Assembly (NCBI GenBank): GCA_973895155.1
Contig: OZ316895.1
Location: 16,188,816 to 16,252,815 of the forward strand
Length of the DNA: 64,000 nucleotides
DNA from: Marsupella aquatica
Lineage: Eukaryota; Plantae; Marchantiophyta
Direction: 5' to 3'
Shown: positions 62,918 through 64,000 of the stretch, one piece after another
How the letters are laid out: the number at the start of each line of letters is the position of its first letter
Numbering within the stretch: position 1 is the first letter of the stretch
Made by a program: the position numbers and the translations under genes
The notes under the pieces: model-generated
Told to the model about the DNA's origin: nothing
Database searches by the model: none
Seen by the model: the letters and a program-made list of their open reading frames with translations, nothing else

Positions 62918-64000
62918 CATAATTGGAACCTCAAGGTCAACAGAACTTAGAATAGCTTTCTTGCTGGGCACCTATGCTCTTTCAGGGCAACTTAAGCACA
63001 ATTTGCATCTAACTGAAGCTAGATCCTCAAGTAAGCCATATAGTCCATATTGATACAGATGGGAAAACCCCCTTTGGCACTATGGGGTTGTTTAGTAGTC
63101 TTTTTCACACCATAGATGTACCACGTGGGAAAGTACACTTGTGCATTATGGGGCTGAACTCTCAGAATTGGCAATAGATGCACTCACTCACTCACAGGTA
63201 GTGAACTGCTTTGCGAAAGTTGAGGAGGGGCCCCTCAACCTATTTTCCCACTATAACTCTGAGCATGAACTAGACAAAACTGAAATTCCTCAAGTACTCA
63301 TCACTTACATTGAGAGTTAGATTCTGTAATTGTAGGTTTAGCAGGCTTCTCAAGAATAATATAAGTCACTTCTGGTCTCAGTTTCTAAGGTTGAGGTCCA
63401 CTCTTGGTGTGTCATCAAGACAGTGTCCCATGGCACGTCACTCAAGAGATTTCCCACTCTTTCAAATGTGTTTCAAACAGACATGATCTTACAAAAGAAC
63501 AAACTGAACACCAAAATCCATTGGTTACCTCACTAAGCTCAACCACTCAAGCTTTCCACACCCAATACAATTATCCTCCAGCCCAACCATAACTATTGCA
63601 GCTGGATGATGTGATTGTGAAACATTTGTCCATGCACCCTATCGACCACTATTAATTGCAACCGTCTGCACTTCTGTTGCCAACGCAAAGGCCAGCCCAA
63701 AATGTCTGCCTCTATTGCTCAGTCTCTACTGCAGAATAACTTTCTTTGATATCCATCTCCATTATGCTTCCAGCATGCGAGCCTGTGGATCCAAAAATGC
63801 AGAATTCTAGCTCTGACAAAATCTAGCAAAATTGGGTGGAGCAGCAACAAAGAGATGAAGGAAAGAAGGCACACAAGTGAATCACAAGGCAACTGCATGA
63901 TAGACAGCACAGTTTACAATGTAGGTCAATAACAAGAAGAGGTAAAGTAAATTAATAGCAATCCATGGAAAGGAAGACAACCGAGTATAGTTTGGTTATG

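Overview
This is eukaryotic, transposon-rich DNA that most likely comes from a non-seed land plant (inferred from the gene family and TE types). I can support only one host protein gene: an intronless 865-aa FANTASTIC FOUR (FAF)-domain ORF at 28948-31545. The main object is a decayed ~9.65-kb Ty3/Gypsy-type retroelement at 36179-45825. Its polyprotein reads Gag(2x CCHC)-protease-C5 cytosine methyltransferase (DNMT3-like motifs I, IV, VI, VIII, IX, X)-RT-RNase H-integrase-PHD finger. It has TG...CA ends and a 4-bp flanking duplication (TCTC), but I find no long terminal direct repeats. A deleted relative at 60600-61951 shares both termini, and a third remnant lies at 47889-48770. The 5' end carries stem-loops conserved between copies, and the leader holds an array of PPT-like purine tracts. 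The rest of the window is solo LTRs, MITEs, a tRNA-derived SINE family, CRE-like and L1-like fossils, and local tandem duplications. All alignments were done by eye; no database searches were run.
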